Source: Phoronis australis (taxonomy: Eukaryota > Animalia > Phoronida). Taken from it: a stretch of DNA of 64,000 nucleotides. This document shows, in pieces, positions 61,843 through 64,000 of the stretch (within the stretch, counting starts at the first letter, position 1; every line of letters starts with the position of its first letter). The notes beneath the pieces were generated by a model. The model made no database searches. It was not told where the DNA came from and saw only the letters and a program-made list of their open reading frames with translations. The position numbers were made by a program, and so were the translations under genes. Where the stretch lies: NCBI GenBank assembly GCA_002633005.1, contig NMRA01000014.1:858955-922954 (forward strand). Reading direction: 5' to 3'.

Positions 61843-61949
61843 TTAAAACAAGCTTACAGAGAGACATTGTACAATCCGCCATGTGAGTAATTAGCATAAA
61901 GGTAAATGAACATTCTTTTCGAGAAAGGCAATTTTACAGAAATTAGGAG

Positions 61950-62085
61950 TAGCGAGGAATCGAACACACCGCTACCTCAACAGCCAAATGCTTTGCCGCT
62001 GAGCTAAGTCCCACGCCTCAAATAGTGAAGCGTTTTAAGTGTATTTAAGTGGTAAATATACCGGCCTCGATTTCAGCTAATGTCC
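61950..62085 (-). repeat. Dispersed repeat with a tRNA-like segment; diverged homolog at about 24030-24165
   Basis: Minus strand shows TAGCTCAGCGG...TGTTCGATTCC (A/B-box-like); both loci share gagctaa...ttttaag...ggcct..atttcagctaatg. Confidence 0.55.
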
Positions 62086-63284
62086 AGCAAACACTGGGCG
62101 AAAATAAGTGATTTGTAATTGTAAAGAGCAGGGTGGTATGATGCGGGTTTTAGTTCTGCAAGTCGTATTTAGTTGTTCTATTTGTTCGCTAACAATCGGC
62201 AATTGACGCTACCCAGTCATTGCACTCTAGCGATAGAATTGTAATTTTTCTTTCAACAGCAGACCTAGGAACATTCTAGTAGGTTCTAGCATAGAACCAC
62301 GGCCTGCATCGTTCTAAGGCCTAGTTTATGTTTATGGAATGATTGGGTAGCTTCTAGAAAGTACAAGGGCTTTTGCATGACTTTCTAATGATATGACGCT
62401 TATGTAATTTGGTCGAAAAACGTAGGAGTTGTAAAGCGTTTTAGTGACAGTAAAGGAAGTGACTTTTCCCATTGGCCTAGTTTTAAAATATATATTTGTT
62501 ATTATTTGTTCTAGGCATATGATATTGGTATCGTATTAGAGCTCCGGTGGTGCTTGATGATGTGAATATATTTTAGGGAAATTGTAAACTTCCGAAATGA
62601 TCACAATCCATGTAGATGGCTTTAAGTGTTGCCTGACATCTAGGCAGTGGTAGTACCCACGACCGACTACCCACACGGAATGGTAAACAGGTGAACCTCC
62701 GTTTGACATTGTTTGAGGTCATTACACAGCATAATATTCCCAAAATATGGATGAACTTTGCTCGAAAGAAGTTTTCTGTGATAGAAGTTTAAATTCACTC
62801 ATTTCTACTTAACAAACACGCCACTGGAACAAGCGAATAAAAACAAAAACAAATTCCACTCCGTTGCAACCTCAGTGGCACGAGATCGAGTTAGGCACTC
62901 TAAGTCTAAAATTCTATGCTGTAAGTAACTCCACTGAAGACCTACTCGATCAAGTCAACCCTTGACAGCACTGACTGGACAGGCATTACATTGGACGTTT
63001 TGTTCGAGTAGACTTTCTATGTTCAGTTGAGATGAATAATTCGAGTAACTCAAACCGGTCTTCAATCTATCATCGTACGGAAAAATTTAAACGTCGATCA
63101 GCGACAACTGTGCTCACCAATCCACCATGCAAAACGTGAATAGTATTAATAAAATCACAAAATCCCGACGAATTTTGTAGTTGTATAGCTTTGATCAAAG
63201 TATATAAGAAGTCTATCCCATCCAACAATAATCCCACAACGGCCGTAAGACCGATGATGTCCCTATATGAGCAGAGAGAGGGAG

Positions 63285-63440
63285 GAGGGAATGTGGTCTA
63301 GCGGGATAAGTGTCCGCTTCGTTTGCTCAAGGTCGTGCGTTCGAGTCCCACTGGGACAGACTGCTGGTTCTTTGAGTCACGTCTCTAACTCCTCAGCTCG
63401 GTTTTAACTATACATTGAATAAAGCATAAAATGGCCCCAG
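63285..63440 (+). mobile_element. tRNA-derived SINE remnant
   Basis: A box TGGTCTAGCGG and B-box-like CGTTCGAGTCC at tRNA spacing, followed by a non-tRNA body. Confidence 0.55.
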
Positions 63441-63554
63441 GTGATCAGTGTAATGGGCACACATGAGTGGCCTGCGCACATCTGGTACATGTGCAACGTG
63501 TACCAATGCTAGTATTACGGTCAGTCACGAGCGAAAGGCGGGAAATCCCTCATT

Positions 63555-63635
63555 CATCGACAAAGACCTGGCGGACCAGGTCGAAACGTCTGCTAACAAC
63601 CAGCCACGTCTTTAAGTGACTTTTTTACATCTACT
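63555..63635 (+). mobile_element. Solo Penelope-type pLTR fragment with a hammerhead-like fold
   Basis: TCGACAAA-GACCTGG-CGGA-CCAGGTC-GAAAC-GTC. Confidence 0.45.
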
Positions 63636-64000
63636 CTGCCAATATTGTAACCGCAACTGTAACTTCGATTGCAGTTGGGAGCGATTGCAACTTCAACCAC
63701 GCATGTAATAATTATTACATCAGCAATTAACTCCGCTACATGCTATTTCAACCGCAAATATTGTGGCATTTCATTTGAATTGGTGGACCTATATACTATG
63801 CCGCAAGAGGCGAGAAGCAATCACACATTCGAAGAAAAATATCCACGTAAAAACAGCGTTCTTTTATTTTTGTTCGTGTCCCTGGGAGTTCCGGCATCTG
63901 CCCTCCCCCACCCCTTATTATTCATTCTGTTACTTGCGGCTGCCACGATACAGCTTACCATTTCTTGAAGCGCTCGTCTGAGAAGCCGTTCGAATGGGTT

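Overview
Intron-rich metazoan genomic DNA from a draft scaffold (460-N gap at 176-635, single-N joins at 51136 and 54099); a marine invertebrate origin is an inference from repeat style and gene content. Left half: the 5' part of a minus-strand DLG5 gene, 11 coding exons from 33609 to 754 (CARD, coiled coil, PDZ1, PDZ2, Ser/Pro-rich linker), continuing off the left edge. Right half: a minus-strand tandem family of uncharacterised type-I membrane proteins. One full model can be built from phase-consistent GT-AG exons: signal peptide, 8-Cys SUEL-like domain, kringle, 51-nt stalk exon, TM and acidic tail (55875 to 45945). It has a second, paralogous TM/tail exon (43322-43012) that looks like an alternative last exon, and the 3' end of an upstream paralog lies at 60303-56638. 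Non-coding DNA holds TTAA-flanked (Kolobok-like) non-autonomous transposons, other MITEs, a truncated Penelope-like element with a hammerhead-like motif, tRNA-derived segments, foldbacks and minisatellites. All calls are from reading the sequence; no database searches were run.
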